Assembly (NCBI GenBank): GCA_043806595.1
Contig: JAZDGU010000011.1
Location: forward strand, 1-39,625
Source: Candidatus Micrarchaeota archaeon
Lineage (GTDB): Archaea; Micrarchaeota; Micrarchaeia; Norongarragalinales; SBBD01
Direction: 5' to 3'
Length of the DNA stretch: 39,625 nt
The notes below the pieces were generated by a model that was not told the DNA's origin, did no database searches, and saw only the letters and a program-made list of their open reading frames with translations. Below, in pieces: positions 1 to 8,017 of the stretch; within the stretch, counting starts at the first letter, position 1; every line of letters begins with the position of its first letter. The translations under genes and the position numbers were made by a program.

Positions 1-273
1 GAGATAGGGATTGCCACTGGCGTGCTGACCGCAGCGGTGCTGCTGTACAGCCATTCCGTGAAAAAGGCCTCCCAGCTCTCGGGCAAGAAGATCGCGATAG
101 TGGAGCGGCGCCTCGACGACCTGAACGTGTACGTCAGGCACGTCGGGGAAGACCTCTCGAGCCTGCGGAACGGGATAGGCCGCAAGATCGACTCGCCGGC
201 CGCGCGAGAGCGTTTGGCCGCAACTGCTGCAGAACTCGCCGTACTGGAGAAGGATCAACGCATTCGCGCCTGA
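1..273 (+). CDS. hypothetical membrane-anchored coiled-coil protein (5'-truncated)
   Basis: Frame is open from base 1 (EIGIATGVLTAAVLLY...). A hydrophobic stretch is followed by a heptad-like helix; stop TGA 271-273. Confidence 0.65.
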   Translation, partial: EIGIATGVLTAAVLLYSHSVKKASQLSGKKIAIVERRLDDLNVYVRHVGEDLSSLRNGIGRKIDSPAARERLAATAAELAVLEKDQRIRA

Positions 274-286
274 AAAGGGGATAGCA

Positions 287-595
287 ATGGCCTTGGTTGA
301 AGGGGTGAGCGACCTCACCGTCGTGCTGTTCATCGTGGTGGTCTCCGCGCTGCTGTGGATGGTCAAGATGTCCTACGACCTTCGGGCGCTGATAGTGCGC
401 CGCGGCCGCGCCATCGAGAGCAAGGTCGCGTTCCTGGAGGGCAAGGCCGTCCTGATGCGCCGCGAGGTCGTCGATTTGCACAAGTCGCTCCACTCCAAGA
501 TGGACGCCGGCGAGTTCGAGAAGCGCATGGACGGCCTCATCGAGCTCGTGAAGGGCCGCAAGAAGGAGACGCACAAGCACAAGGACGCACACTAG
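287..595 (+). CDS. hypothetical membrane-anchored coiled-coil protein
   Basis: ATG after a GGGGA purine tract; one N-terminal TM (LTVVLFIVVVSALLWMV); amphipathic helix; GC3-rich codons. Confidence 0.75.
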   Translation: MALVEGVSDLTVVLFIVVVSALLWMVKMSYDLRALIVRRGRAIESKVAFLEGKAVLMRREVVDLHKSLHSKMDAGEFEKRMDGLIELVKGRKKETHKHKDAH

Positions 596-1149
596 CGCTT
601 GCTCCTGTTAATTACCTGTTTCCCTGCCGCCATCGGGTTGATTCTCAGCTCCGCCTTTCCGAATGCCTTCCCCTGCCGCGCGTCGGACAGTTCACTGCCT
701 TTCACCAGCTCATGCAGGAATAATGCCAGCGCCGCCACTTCCGAATGGGGTTGGCTTGTCACGCCGATATTGAAGTCCGCGAGCTTGTAGACCTCGGAAG
801 GCACCTTTTCCGCGCCTATGATTACGACAATTTTCTTCCTGGCCGCCTTCTTCCGGATGCCTGCGATTTCCCGCAACAGCGGCAGGCCGTAGAACGTGAG
901 GTGCACGGCTACCGCGCCGGCCTTCTTCTCCTTCTCCAGCCAGCGCCTCCAGTTCTTCTGGTAGGAGGCCTTGAACCTCCCGCCCCACTTGGCCGTCACC
1001 TTCCTCACGGTCTCGAGAGGCGTGGGATCCTCCTCCCCGCTGAGCACGATTTCATCCGCGAGCAGCGCGCGCGCGGCAAGGCAGCAGTGCGTCGTCAGCC
1101 TGACGTCCCTCTTCTTCCTGTGGCCCAGCCGGAGGACGGTTATGCGCAT
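592..1149 (-). CDS. trm56: tRNA (cytidine(56)-2'-O)-methyltransferase aTrm56 (SPOUT)
   Basis: Motifs LRLGHR..RD.RLTTH, HLTFYG, GAEKVP and QPHSEVAALA. Confidence 0.95.
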   Translation of the reverse strand: MRITVLRLGHRKKRDVRLTTHCCLAARALLADEIVLSGEEDPTPLETVRKVTAKWGGRFKASYQKNWRRWLEKEKKAGAVAVHLTFYGLPLLREIAGIRKKAARKKIVVIIGAEKVPSEVYKLADFNIGVTSQPHSEVAALALFLHELVKGSELSDARQGKAFGKAELRINPMAAGKQVINRSKR

Positions 1150-1317
1150 GGGGAAAGCAATGGCAGAACTGGAATAAAAACTCGCAAGGGGGTGGGGCGT
1201 CTATTGTCGCACCGGAAACGGGGCTGCGAAACGCACAACAACCCGGTCGCTGCAAATTCGGCGGGGCAAACAGAAGGCTTAATAATATGATTTTCGTATT
1301 TTCTTACGGCGAACGAA

Positions 1318-1611
1318 ATGGGCGTCTACATCAGCAAGGTCACATCGCGCGGGCAGGTCACGCTTCCGCAGGACTTCCGCAAGCAGGCGGGGATATCCTC
1401 GGAGGACTACGTGGCGATGAGGCGTGCGGGCCAATACCTTGTACTTGGCAAGGCCGAGCTTCGCTGGGACGAGGTTACGGCGGAGTTCCGGAAGGAGGCG
1501 AAAGCAAGGGGCATCACCAAAAAGGAGCTTTTGGAGGAGCTGGAACGCGTGAAGCAGGACCTATACGGCCCAGACCGCAAGAACGCGTCTTCGTCGACTC
1601 CAACACGCTGA
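1318..1611 (+). CDS. AbrB/MazE/SpoVT-family antitoxin (VapB-like)
   Basis: N-terminal SKVTSRGQVTLPQDFRKQAGI swapped-hairpin signature; overlaps the downstream PIN gene; AT-rich TATA-like TTAATAAT at about 1279-1286. Confidence 0.88.
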   Translation: MGVYISKVTSRGQVTLPQDFRKQAGISSEDYVAMRRAGQYLVLGKAELRWDEVTAEFRKEAKARGITKKELLEELERVKQDLYGPDRKNASSSTPTR

Positions 1612-2009
1612 TTTCCGGAATTGCCTTCCAGGGGCCTGAATACTCTTTCTTGGAATCGGCCAGGGATTGCGGCATTCGGTTGGTCACTTCGGAGAGCATA
1701 TTGCTTGAGGTCAATCGCATTGTCCGGTCCAAATTCTCGGCAAGCGCCGGTCGTCTTGAGGAAGACATGCGTAAAACGGGAATCGCGGTAATTCCCCGCC
1801 ACGCATACGCGGGTTTGATCGACAAACAGAACGTGCGCGATGCCGGCGATAAACACGTTTTGGCGGCTGCGAAGGCCGGAAATTGCGCCATCATGGTTAC
1901 CGGCGACAAGGACCTGCTGTCGCTCAAGGAATACCGCGGAATCAAAATCATGACTACGCGTGAAGCCCTTAAGATGATGAAATGCCGGCTTTCGGAAGAC
2001 AAGGGCTAG
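1563..2009 (+). CDS. PIN-domain (VapC-like) toxin; start codon uncertain
   Basis: RVFVDSNTLISG, ILLEV, RDAGDKHVLAAA and VTGDKDLL carry the acidic PIN residues. No in-frame ATG/GTG/TTG lies between 1290 and the domain, so 1563 (ATA) is a placeholder start. Confidence 0.85.
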   Translation: MRPRPQERVFVDSNTLISGIAFQGPEYSFLESARDCGIRLVTSESILLEVNRIVRSKFSASAGRLEEDMRKTGIAVIPRHAYAGLIDKQNVRDAGDKHVLAAAKAGNCAIMVTGDKDLLSLKEYRGIKIMTTREALKMMKCRLSEDKG

Positions 2010-2203
2010 CGCTTGCGGAATCTGATTCTCTTCAAGGCGGCAGGTGTCGCTTCCAGCGGCAGGCCCTCATAACCGCATGTGTCGCAGTGAACGAACGAGT
2101 TAGTCGCAACAGTCAGCGGATTGACCGTCAGCAATGCATTGCTCATCCTCCTGCCGCCGCAGTTTGGGCATACTTTCAGCGTCCCGGCAGGTGTTTTCGG
2201 CAT
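2006..2203 (-). CDS. small CPxCG-type zinc-finger protein
   Basis: CPNCG...CDTCG pair in 65 aa, with a basic C-terminus. Confidence 0.7.
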   Translation of the reverse strand: MPKTPAGTLKVCPNCGGRRMSNALLTVNPLTVATNSFVHCDTCGYEGLPLEATPAALKRIRFRKR

Positions 2204-2233
2204 AGCGGCATACCTTTTGGTAGAGTTGTCATG

Positions 2234-2316
2234 AAAACGAACGGCCGCCTAATCCTATTAGCAGGACCCTTTCAGATCCCCCGGGCGACCGGTTCAACCC
2301 ACCTTCACAGAATCCG
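2234..2316 (-). ncRNA. candidate structured RNA or 5' leader (three-way junction)
   Basis: On the minus strand, GAACCGGUCGCC pairs with GGCGGCCGUUC and encloses GGAUCU-GAAA-GGGUCC and CUAAU-AGG-AUUAG hairpins. G-U pairs form only on the minus strand. TATA-like box at 2340-2347 upstream; U4 tract downstream. Confidence 0.45.
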
Positions 2317-2338
2317 CAGAATAGCTTCTCACGGCTTC

Positions 2339-2352
2339 AATATAAACCTTTC
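2339..2352 (-). promoter_or_regulatory. archaeal BRE-TATA promoter
   Basis: Minus strand reads GAAAGGTTTATATT. Confidence 0.55.
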
Positions 2353-2374
2353 CATTACGTCTTTCGACGTTTAG

Positions 2375-3364
2375 CTATTTCCCGGGGGTCGGACCCGTGC
2401 ACTCCTGCGGGCTGTTGCCGGAGAACGCGTTTGTCTTGCAGTTGCCGGAGTTTGCCGAGCACGTCTTGGAGCAGGAGCCTGCGACGCAGTTGAAAATGGC
2501 GCACGTCCCCCCGGAAAGGTTGTTGTCCGTGATTGCCCCCGATTTCGCGGAGCCGTTCAGCACTATGGCGTAAGCCGGAGCCTGCGAGATGTTGTTCCCG
2601 CTGATGTTGGCATTGTTGGAGGAGGCGAGGTATACCCCGGCTAAGCCGGGCGCCACCACCTCGTTGGCGTAGAGCCACAAGTTGTTGCTCGAAACGTCTA
2701 CTACCGCATAGTCGATTTCGCGGAATAAATTGTGGTGGATTCTGGCGTTGTTGCTGTTGGTGAGGTTGATTCCGACGTCAAAGCCGGCAATCGTGCAGTT
2801 GAAGATTGAGAAGTTGTTCGCGCTTCCCTGGGTCACGAGCACAGCGGTGCCTTCCCCGCTTCCCGTGATGGAACGCCCCCGGCAGTCTATCCATACGTTG
2901 TTGCCCGGCACTATGAAGCAGTCGCCGTCGAACTCCAAGTCCTCGGTGAGCGCATAATAACCGCTTCCTTGTATGGTCTTGCAGTTGAACCCGCACTTGG
3001 GCGCGCATGCCGAGCACTCGTCGTACGCGCAGGGTATTTCGCATGCCTGAATCAGGTCTTCGCCAGCGGGGCACGTGGAGTTCTGGCCGCACCCGCCGCA
3101 AGGCGTCGGCACGACCACCGGTCCCCCAACGCCCACGTTCCCGACGCGCGGGCTCGGCGTGATGCTGGCGAGTTCCGTCGCCGCCTCGGTCGCCATTGCC
3201 TCAACATAGACGGACGCGTCCGCGATTACGTGCTCCTTCATATACCCGTATACCAGCACGACCATGAATACGATAGCCCCGAGGACTAGGAAGTACTCCT
3301 GGGCTCCCTGCGCCCTCCTCCTCGGTCCGCAGCGCGCTCTTGCCGCCGTTCCGCGGTTTTTCAT
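2375..3364 (-). CDS. class III signal peptide (pilin-like) protein with Cys-rich stalk and right-handed beta-helix (NosD/CASH-like)
   Basis: RRA/QGAQEYFLVLGAIVFMVVLVY; CGQNSTCP...C.Y.EC module; GSGYYALTEDL..GDCFIV...IDCRGRSITG followed by N/I-ladder repeats. Alternative start GTG 3394. Confidence 0.85.
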   Translation of the reverse strand: MKNRGTAARARCGPRRRAQGAQEYFLVLGAIVFMVVLVYGYMKEHVIADASVYVEAMATEAATELASITPSPRVGNVGVGGPVVVPTPCGGCGQNSTCPAGEDLIQACEIPCAYDECSACAPKCGFNCKTIQGSGYYALTEDLEFDGDCFIVPGNNVWIDCRGRSITGSGEGTAVLVTQGSANNFSIFNCTIAGFDVGINLTNSNNARIHHNLFREIDYAVVDVSSNNLWLYANEVVAPGLAGVYLASSNNANISGNNISQAPAYAIVLNGSAKSGAITDNNLSGGTCAIFNCVAGSCSKTCSANSGNCKTNAFSGNSPQECTGPTPGK

Positions 3365-3400
3365 TTCAACCAATTTCTCTTCCTCCCCTGCCACCGGCGC

Positions 3401-4750
3401 CTATTCGGCCCCCCCGATGGTGATGCTGCACTTGTTCGGCGCGTTCGAGGAGATGGTTGCCGTGCAGGTGCCGGAAGAAGCCGGGCATGACGCGGCGCAC
3501 AGGCTTATCCCGCAGTAGTAGACCGCGCACGAGCTCACTACTCCATAATTGAGCGTGTTCGAGGTTATCACGGCGCCCGTGACCTTGTCGTTGAGCCTGA
3601 CCGCATACGTGAAACCTGTGACGTTGACTGTGTTGTATGCGATGGAAGCCAGCGTGGTGCCGTTGAGGTATATGCCCGCGCTTCCTGCCACCGATATGTT
3701 GTTGCTGCTGATACTATTTCCGGCCCCTCCCTCCAGCCTGATGCCGTAGCCCGTGGAGTTCGTTACGTTGTTGTATTCCAGCCTGTTTCCGTTCGCATCC
3801 AGTACGTACGCGCCGTTGACAGTGGAGGACCTGATGCTGTTGCCCGCGGCGGTGTTGTAATCCCCGGATGATGCGATGTACAGCGCATAGCCCGCGGCGG
3901 TGATGTTGTTGCCGGAGACGTTCGAGGAGGTCGTGCCCAACAGGTATATCCCGTACGTTCCGGGGCTGGAGAGGTTGTTCTGGGTGATGTTTGCGTATGA
4001 CGACGTCAGGGCGTACACGCCTGCCGTGGTGGAGTTGACCGCCGTGTTGTTGAAGACGGTCATGTTTGCCGCGTCCTGCGCATAAATGGCGTGCGTTTGG
4101 TCCGAGAACGTCGAGTTGGTTAGCGTCGAGTTCGCCGCGGAGTCGAAATAAACCCCCTTCGCAAAGCCGGATATGGTGCAGTTGCCGATGGCGAAGTTGC
4201 TGGCTCCGCTCACGAGCACCGCGCTGCCGGATTTCGCGGAGCTGTTTATCGTGCGGCCGTTGCAGTTGAGGGACGCGTTGTCCGCGGTTACCACTATGCA
4301 GTCCCCGCTTGCCGTGATGTCGTTTCCAAGCATGTACGTCCCGTTCTCGGATATCGTCGCGCATCCGGTTATTGCGATAAGGCAGGAGGGTTCCGAGCAT
4401 GCCCCGGGGGGAGGCGTGCATTCCGCGTCGCAGTTGCCGCACTCCCCGTACACGCACTCCGGCGCGCAGGCCCTTTCAAGCGTATAGCCCGAGGGGCAGG
4501 TGGAGTTCTGCCCGCATTCGGAACAGTCGCCCGGCGGGCTGACCGCTGGAGGCACGCTCACGTTGCCCACGCGCGGGCTGGGGGTAATGCTTGCAATCTG
4601 GGCGCTCGCGGTCGCGGCCTTCTGCTCTATGTTGGACGCGCCGGACTCGATGACCTGCGTGCGGACGGCGGAATAAGCCAGGAGCGTGAACAGCAGCGCC
4701 GCTCCCGCCACAATCAGAAGCTCGATGGCAGTCTGCGAAAGCTTGCGCAT
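3401..4750 (-). CDS. class III signal peptide (pilin-like) protein with Cys-rich stalk and long right-handed beta-helix
   Basis: KLS/QTAIELLIVAGAALLF; same stalk as the neighbour; ENGTYMLGNDI..GDCIVV...LNCNGRTI; repeated GIYL...N.I..N.I coils; many N-x-S/T sequons. Confidence 0.88.
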   Translation of the reverse strand: MRKLSQTAIELLIVAGAALLFTLLAYSAVRTQVIESGASNIEQKAATASAQIASITPSPRVGNVSVPPAVSPPGDCSECGQNSTCPSGYTLERACAPECVYGECGNCDAECTPPPGACSEPSCLIAITGCATISENGTYMLGNDITASGDCIVVTADNASLNCNGRTINSSAKSGSAVLVSGASNFAIGNCTISGFAKGVYFDSAANSTLTNSTFSDQTHAIYAQDAANMTVFNNTAVNSTTAGVYALTSSYANITQNNLSSPGTYGIYLLGTTSSNVSGNNITAAGYALYIASSGDYNTAAGNSIRSSTVNGAYVLDANGNRLEYNNVTNSTGYGIRLEGGAGNSISSNNISVAGSAGIYLNGTTLASIAYNTVNVTGFTYAVRLNDKVTGAVITSNTLNYGVVSSCAVYYCGISLCAASCPASSGTCTATISSNAPNKCSITIGGAE

Positions 4751-4775
4751 GGGAGGACCTCATCCGGCGGCGGTT

Positions 4776-4795
4776 AAAAAGGGGGGCGCCCCCTT
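4776..4795 (-). terminator. GC hairpin plus U-tract after the small pilin genes
   Basis: Minus strand reads AAGGGGG-CGC-CCCCCTT running into a T5 tract, 5 nt after the TAG of the 4801-4974 gene. Confidence 0.55.
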
Positions 4796-4800
4796 CCCCG

Positions 4801-4974
4801 CTACCGCGTGACGTTGGCGAAAATCGTGGCAATCTTGTTCGAGTTGTCGTCGATCGTCCGGCCAGAAGGGTTCACGACCCGCTCCTTGACCACCAGGAAA
4901 AGGATGACCACGAGGAATATTATCGCCCCGACCAGCAGGATGTACTCTACCGCGGTCTGCGCCTTCTCGTCCAT
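4801..4974 (-). CDS. small type IV pilin-like protein (class III signal, 57 aa; absent from ORF track)
   Basis: Translated by hand: MDEKA/QTAVEYILLVGAIIFLVVILFLVVKERVVNPSGRTIDDNSNKIATIFANVTR*. Confidence 0.88.
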   Translation of the reverse strand: MDEKAQTAVEYILLVGAIIFLVVILFLVVKERVVNPSGRTIDDNSNKIATIFANVTR

Positions 4975-5005
4975 GACTCAATGACCCGCTTGTGGAATAA
5001 AAACC

Positions 5006-5179
5006 TTAGCGCCCGATGCCCAGGAAGAGGTCCTTGATCCTGTCGGTGGCATTGTTGATTTCCGGAATCACCGCGTCGAACACGTTCTGCTTGACCGAGA
5101 CGTAAACGATGACCACGAGGAAAATCACCGCGCCGACGAGCAGCAGGTATTCCACCGCTGTCTGGCCCCGCGACTCCAT
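5006..5179 (-). CDS. small type IV pilin-like protein (class III signal, 57 aa)
   Basis: MESRG/QTAVEYLLLVGAVIFLVVIVYVSVK...; ATG 5179 preceded by GGGGGAATGAT; paralog of 4801-4974. Confidence 0.88.
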   Translation of the reverse strand: MESRGQTAVEYLLLVGAVIFLVVIVYVSVKQNVFDAVIPEINNATDRIKDLFLGIGR

Positions 5180-5219
5180 ATCATTCCCCCTTCGTACACA
5201 ACTGCCTTTGGCTTCTTCC

Positions 5220-5402
5220 TCACCCGGGCGGGCTCCCGCCGAGCATGCCGCCGAGGGCTTCCAGCTGGCGCACGACCATCTCCAGCACCCTTCCATCGGA
5301 CGCGAAGTACACCGCGAGGAACAAGAACATGAACGCAAGCACGGACAGCACCAGCGCGTCCCAGCTCGTCTGTGCGGCCTCCCCGGAAGCTTTGCCTTTC
5401 AT
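5220..5402 (-). CDS. small membrane protein with degenerate class III signal
   Basis: EAA/QTSWDALVLSVLAFMFLFLAVYF; start overlaps the rpiA stop (ATGA). Confidence 0.65.
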   Translation of the reverse strand: MKGKASGEAAQTSWDALVLSVLAFMFLFLAVYFASDGRVLEMVVRQLEALGGMLGGSPPG

Positions 5403-6058
5403 CTCCCCATCACCCGCGCGCCCTTGGCGGTCCCAACAATCACGCTATGGACGTTTTTCGTGAACAGTCCGTTTGCGACGACTCCCGGCACGCCGTCCAA
5501 CCACGACTCGAGATCCCGCGGATCCGGAACCCTGCCGAAAAAGGCGTCCGCGAGCACGTTGCCGTTGTCGGACTTAACGTCGCGGGCAACGACCTTCGCA
5601 CCGAACTGCAGCCCCACGACCCTTTTCACGAGCGGGAACGCGAACGGCAGGATTTCGAGCGGAATCTTGCCGTGCAGCACCGTGCAGAGCTTCGACTCGT
5701 CCACGATTACGACGAACTTCCCCGCAGCATAGCCGACGACCTTCTCCCTCGCATGCGCCCCCCCGCCGCCCTTGATAAGGTTGAGCCTGCGGTCCACCTG
5801 GTCCGCGCCGTCGACCGCGAGGTCGATCTTCCCCACCTTGTCAAGGCCCGCGACCTTCAGCCCCATTTTTTTCGCAAGCCTTTCCGAAGCCTTCGAGGTG
5901 GCGACGCACTTGAGATGCATGTTCTTCCGGCGGTTCCTCTCCGCCAGCATCCTGATGAAGACCTCCGCGGTGCTGCCGGTGCCGAGCCCCAGCGTCGTAC
6001 CGGCCCTGACCATGCCGAGCGCCGCGCGCGCGGCGTTCTCCTTTCCGTGCATGAACAC
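5399..6058 (-). CDS. rpiA: ribose-5-phosphate isomerase A
   Basis: GLGTGST, DLAVDGADQVD, LIKGGGGAHAREK and PGVVANGLF. Start may be ATG 6052. Confidence 0.96.
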   Translation of the reverse strand: MFMHGKENAARAALGMVRAGTTLGLGTGSTAEVFIRMLAERNRRKNMHLKCVATSKASERLAKKMGLKVAGLDKVGKIDLAVDGADQVDRRLNLIKGGGGAHAREKVVGYAAGKFVVIVDESKLCTVLHGKIPLEILPFAFPLVKRVVGLQFGAKVVARDVKSDNGNVLADAFFGRVPDPRDLESWLDGVPGVVANGLFTKNVHSVIVGTAKGARVMGR

Positions 6059-6134
6059 ATCAAACCCCGCAACCGTTTTTAACCTTGCCTCCGACTAACA
6101 GTCCTGACGCATTAGCTAGGGGGGGGCGGATTGG

Positions 6135-7463
6135 ATGGCTAAGAAGGTAATAATCATGGGCGCGGCAGGCAGGGACTACCATGATTTCAACGCCTGCTTC
6201 CGCGACAACCCGGAGTACGAGGTCGTCGCCTTTACCCAGGCACCGGAGCAGAACCTCAGCGAAATCGGAGAGGAGGCCCTGCGCACGTACCCGCCCGAGC
6301 TTGCGGGCAGGCTCTACCCGAAAGGCATCCCCACCTACCGCGAGGCGATGATGCCGGAGCTGGTCAAAAAGCTGGATGCCGACGAGGTCGTGTTCTCCTA
6401 TTCCGACAACTCCCATGACTACGTGATGCACCGAGCGAGCGAGGCCATTGCAGCAGGCGCCGACTTCCGGCTGATCGGCACCAAGCGCATGCAGATCAAG
6501 TCGAGCAAGCCCGTAATCGGCGTCAACGCCGTCCGCACAGGCTGCGGCAAGAGCCAGACTACTCGGAGGATCGCGGAAATCCTCAAGGCCAAGGGCAGGA
6601 AGGTCGTGGTGATCCGCGAGCCGATGCCCTACGGCGACCTGGCGAAACAGCAGGTCCAGAGGTTCGCCGCCTACGAGGACATGATCGTGCAGGGTTGCAC
6701 CATCGAGGAGATGGAGGAATACGAGGCGCACGTCATGGCCGGCACTGTCGTTTATGCTGGAGTCGACTACGAGAAGATACTCCGCCAGGCGGAGAAGGAG
6801 GCCGACGTCGTCCTCTGGGACGGCGGCAACAACGAGCTCGCGTTCTTCAAGACGGACCTGCTGATAGTGGTAGCTGACCCGCACCGCGTCGGCCATGAGA
6901 CGCGCTACCACCCCGGCGAGGCCAACCTGCGCGCCGCCGACATCGTCGTGATCAACAAGGTGGATACCTCCAAACGCGCGGACGTCGAACAGCTGAAGAA
7001 GAACATCGAGGCGGTGAACCCCCGCGCCCAGATAGTCGAGGCGGATTCGCCCGCGGTAATCAAGGGCGGCGCGGATATCTCGGGAAAGCGCGTGCTCGTC
7101 GTCGAGGACGGCCCGACGCTGACCCACGGCGGCATGAAATTCGGTGCGGGCACGGTCGTCGCTGAGAAGGCGGGCGCGCAGATTGTCGACCCCCGGCCTT
7201 ACGCGAAAGGCACGGTCGCCGCCGCCTTCAAGAAATATCCGCACCTCGACCGGGTCCTCCCGGCAATGGGGTATTCGAAGGCGCAGCTGAAGGAGCTCGA
7301 GGATACGATAAACGCGGTGCCCGCGGATTTCGTCGTCAGCGGCACTCCAATCGACTTGGGCCGGCTCGTCAACTCCAACAAGCCCATGCTCCGCGTCACC
7401 TACGACCTCAAGGAAAAGGGGGACGCGCTCTCCAATGCCGTTGAAAAGATAGCGGGCGTTTGA
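6135..7463 (+). CDS. COG2403 P-loop enzyme (cyclic 2,3-diphosphoglycerate synthetase-like; possible arginine synthetase ArcE)
   Basis: IIMGAAGRDYH, Walker A RTGCGKSQT, PMPYGDL, WDGGNN, INKVD, EDGPTLTHGGM and LPAMGY. Confidence 0.85.
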   Translation: MAKKVIIMGAAGRDYHDFNACFRDNPEYEVVAFTQAPEQNLSEIGEEALRTYPPELAGRLYPKGIPTYREAMMPELVKKLDADEVVFSYSDNSHDYVMHRASEAIAAGADFRLIGTKRMQIKSSKPVIGVNAVRTGCGKSQTTRRIAEILKAKGRKVVVIREPMPYGDLAKQQVQRFAAYEDMIVQGCTIEEMEEYEAHVMAGTVVYAGVDYEKILRQAEKEADVVLWDGGNNELAFFKTDLLIVVADPHRVGHETRYHPGEANLRAADIVVINKVDTSKRADVEQLKKNIEAVNPRAQIVEADSPAVIKGGADISGKRVLVVEDGPTLTHGGMKFGAGTVVAEKAGAQIVDPRPYAKGTVAAAFKKYPHLDRVLPAMGYSKAQLKELEDTINAVPADFVVSGTPIDLGRLVNSNKPMLRVTYDLKEKGDALSNAVEKIAGV

Positions 7464-8017
7464 TGCACATGGCCGCGGAAAAGAGGGACACTGCGTGGCT
7501 CTACCTGCTGGCAATCGGGGCGCTGGTGGCGGCGTCCGCTTTCGTCTACTTGCGCTACATACAGCTGCATGCGGTGCAGGTCAACGGCCTCATGCTCTAC
7601 TCGCTGGACCCGGCGAACGAGCTGAAGGCGGTCCTCGGCACCGGCAAGGTGATCCTGCGCGAGGAACTCTTCGAGGGCAACGATGAGCGCAATTCCGTCG
7701 TAGCGGCGCTCGGCGCGGAAATCGCCGGAACCTACAGCCGGAGGCAGCGCGTAATCTTCATCTACGGCCACGTCGCGGACGCGCCGGAGAACGAGTCGTG
7801 GGTCAACTGCGTGGGCGAGACGGACAACTGCAAAAACGAGCGCATCATAGTCAGACTCGACCCCTGCAACTGCCTTAGGATAGAGGGCGGCAGGCTGTAC
7901 GTGCTGTTCGACGAGAAGACTGCAAAGGACCCCCAGACGCGCACCAGGCTTAGCGGTGTCGTCAACGGGGTCTTGGAGGCGGTGGACCGTGAAAAAACTG
8001 GAAATCCTGCTGCATGA
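7463..8017 (+). CDS. hypothetical membrane-anchored protein
   Basis: TGATG coupling to the upstream gene; N-terminal TM; four Cys in the C-terminal domain. Confidence 0.75.
   Translation: MHMAAEKRDTAWLYLLAIGALVAASAFVYLRYIQLHAVQVNGLMLYSLDPANELKAVLGTGKVILREELFEGNDERNSVVAALGAEIAGTYSRRQRVIFIYGHVADAPENESWVNCVGETDNCKNERIIVRLDPCNCLRIEGGRLYVLFDEKTAKDPQTRTRLSGVVNGVLEAVDREKTGNPAA

Noticed and set aside
1200..1260. Small hairpins (ACCGG/CCGGT, TGCG-AAA-CGCA) between trm56 and the TA pair
   Set aside because: Short stems expected at this GC content, with no strand-specific support.
6060..7514. 484-aa antisense ORF, and similar long shadow ORFs (11287-12525, 31461-32519, 32441-33652, 34361-35617, 35592-36902)
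   Set aside because: They lie opposite or out of frame to clearly recognisable genes. They are expected from GC3-biased codons and show no motifs.
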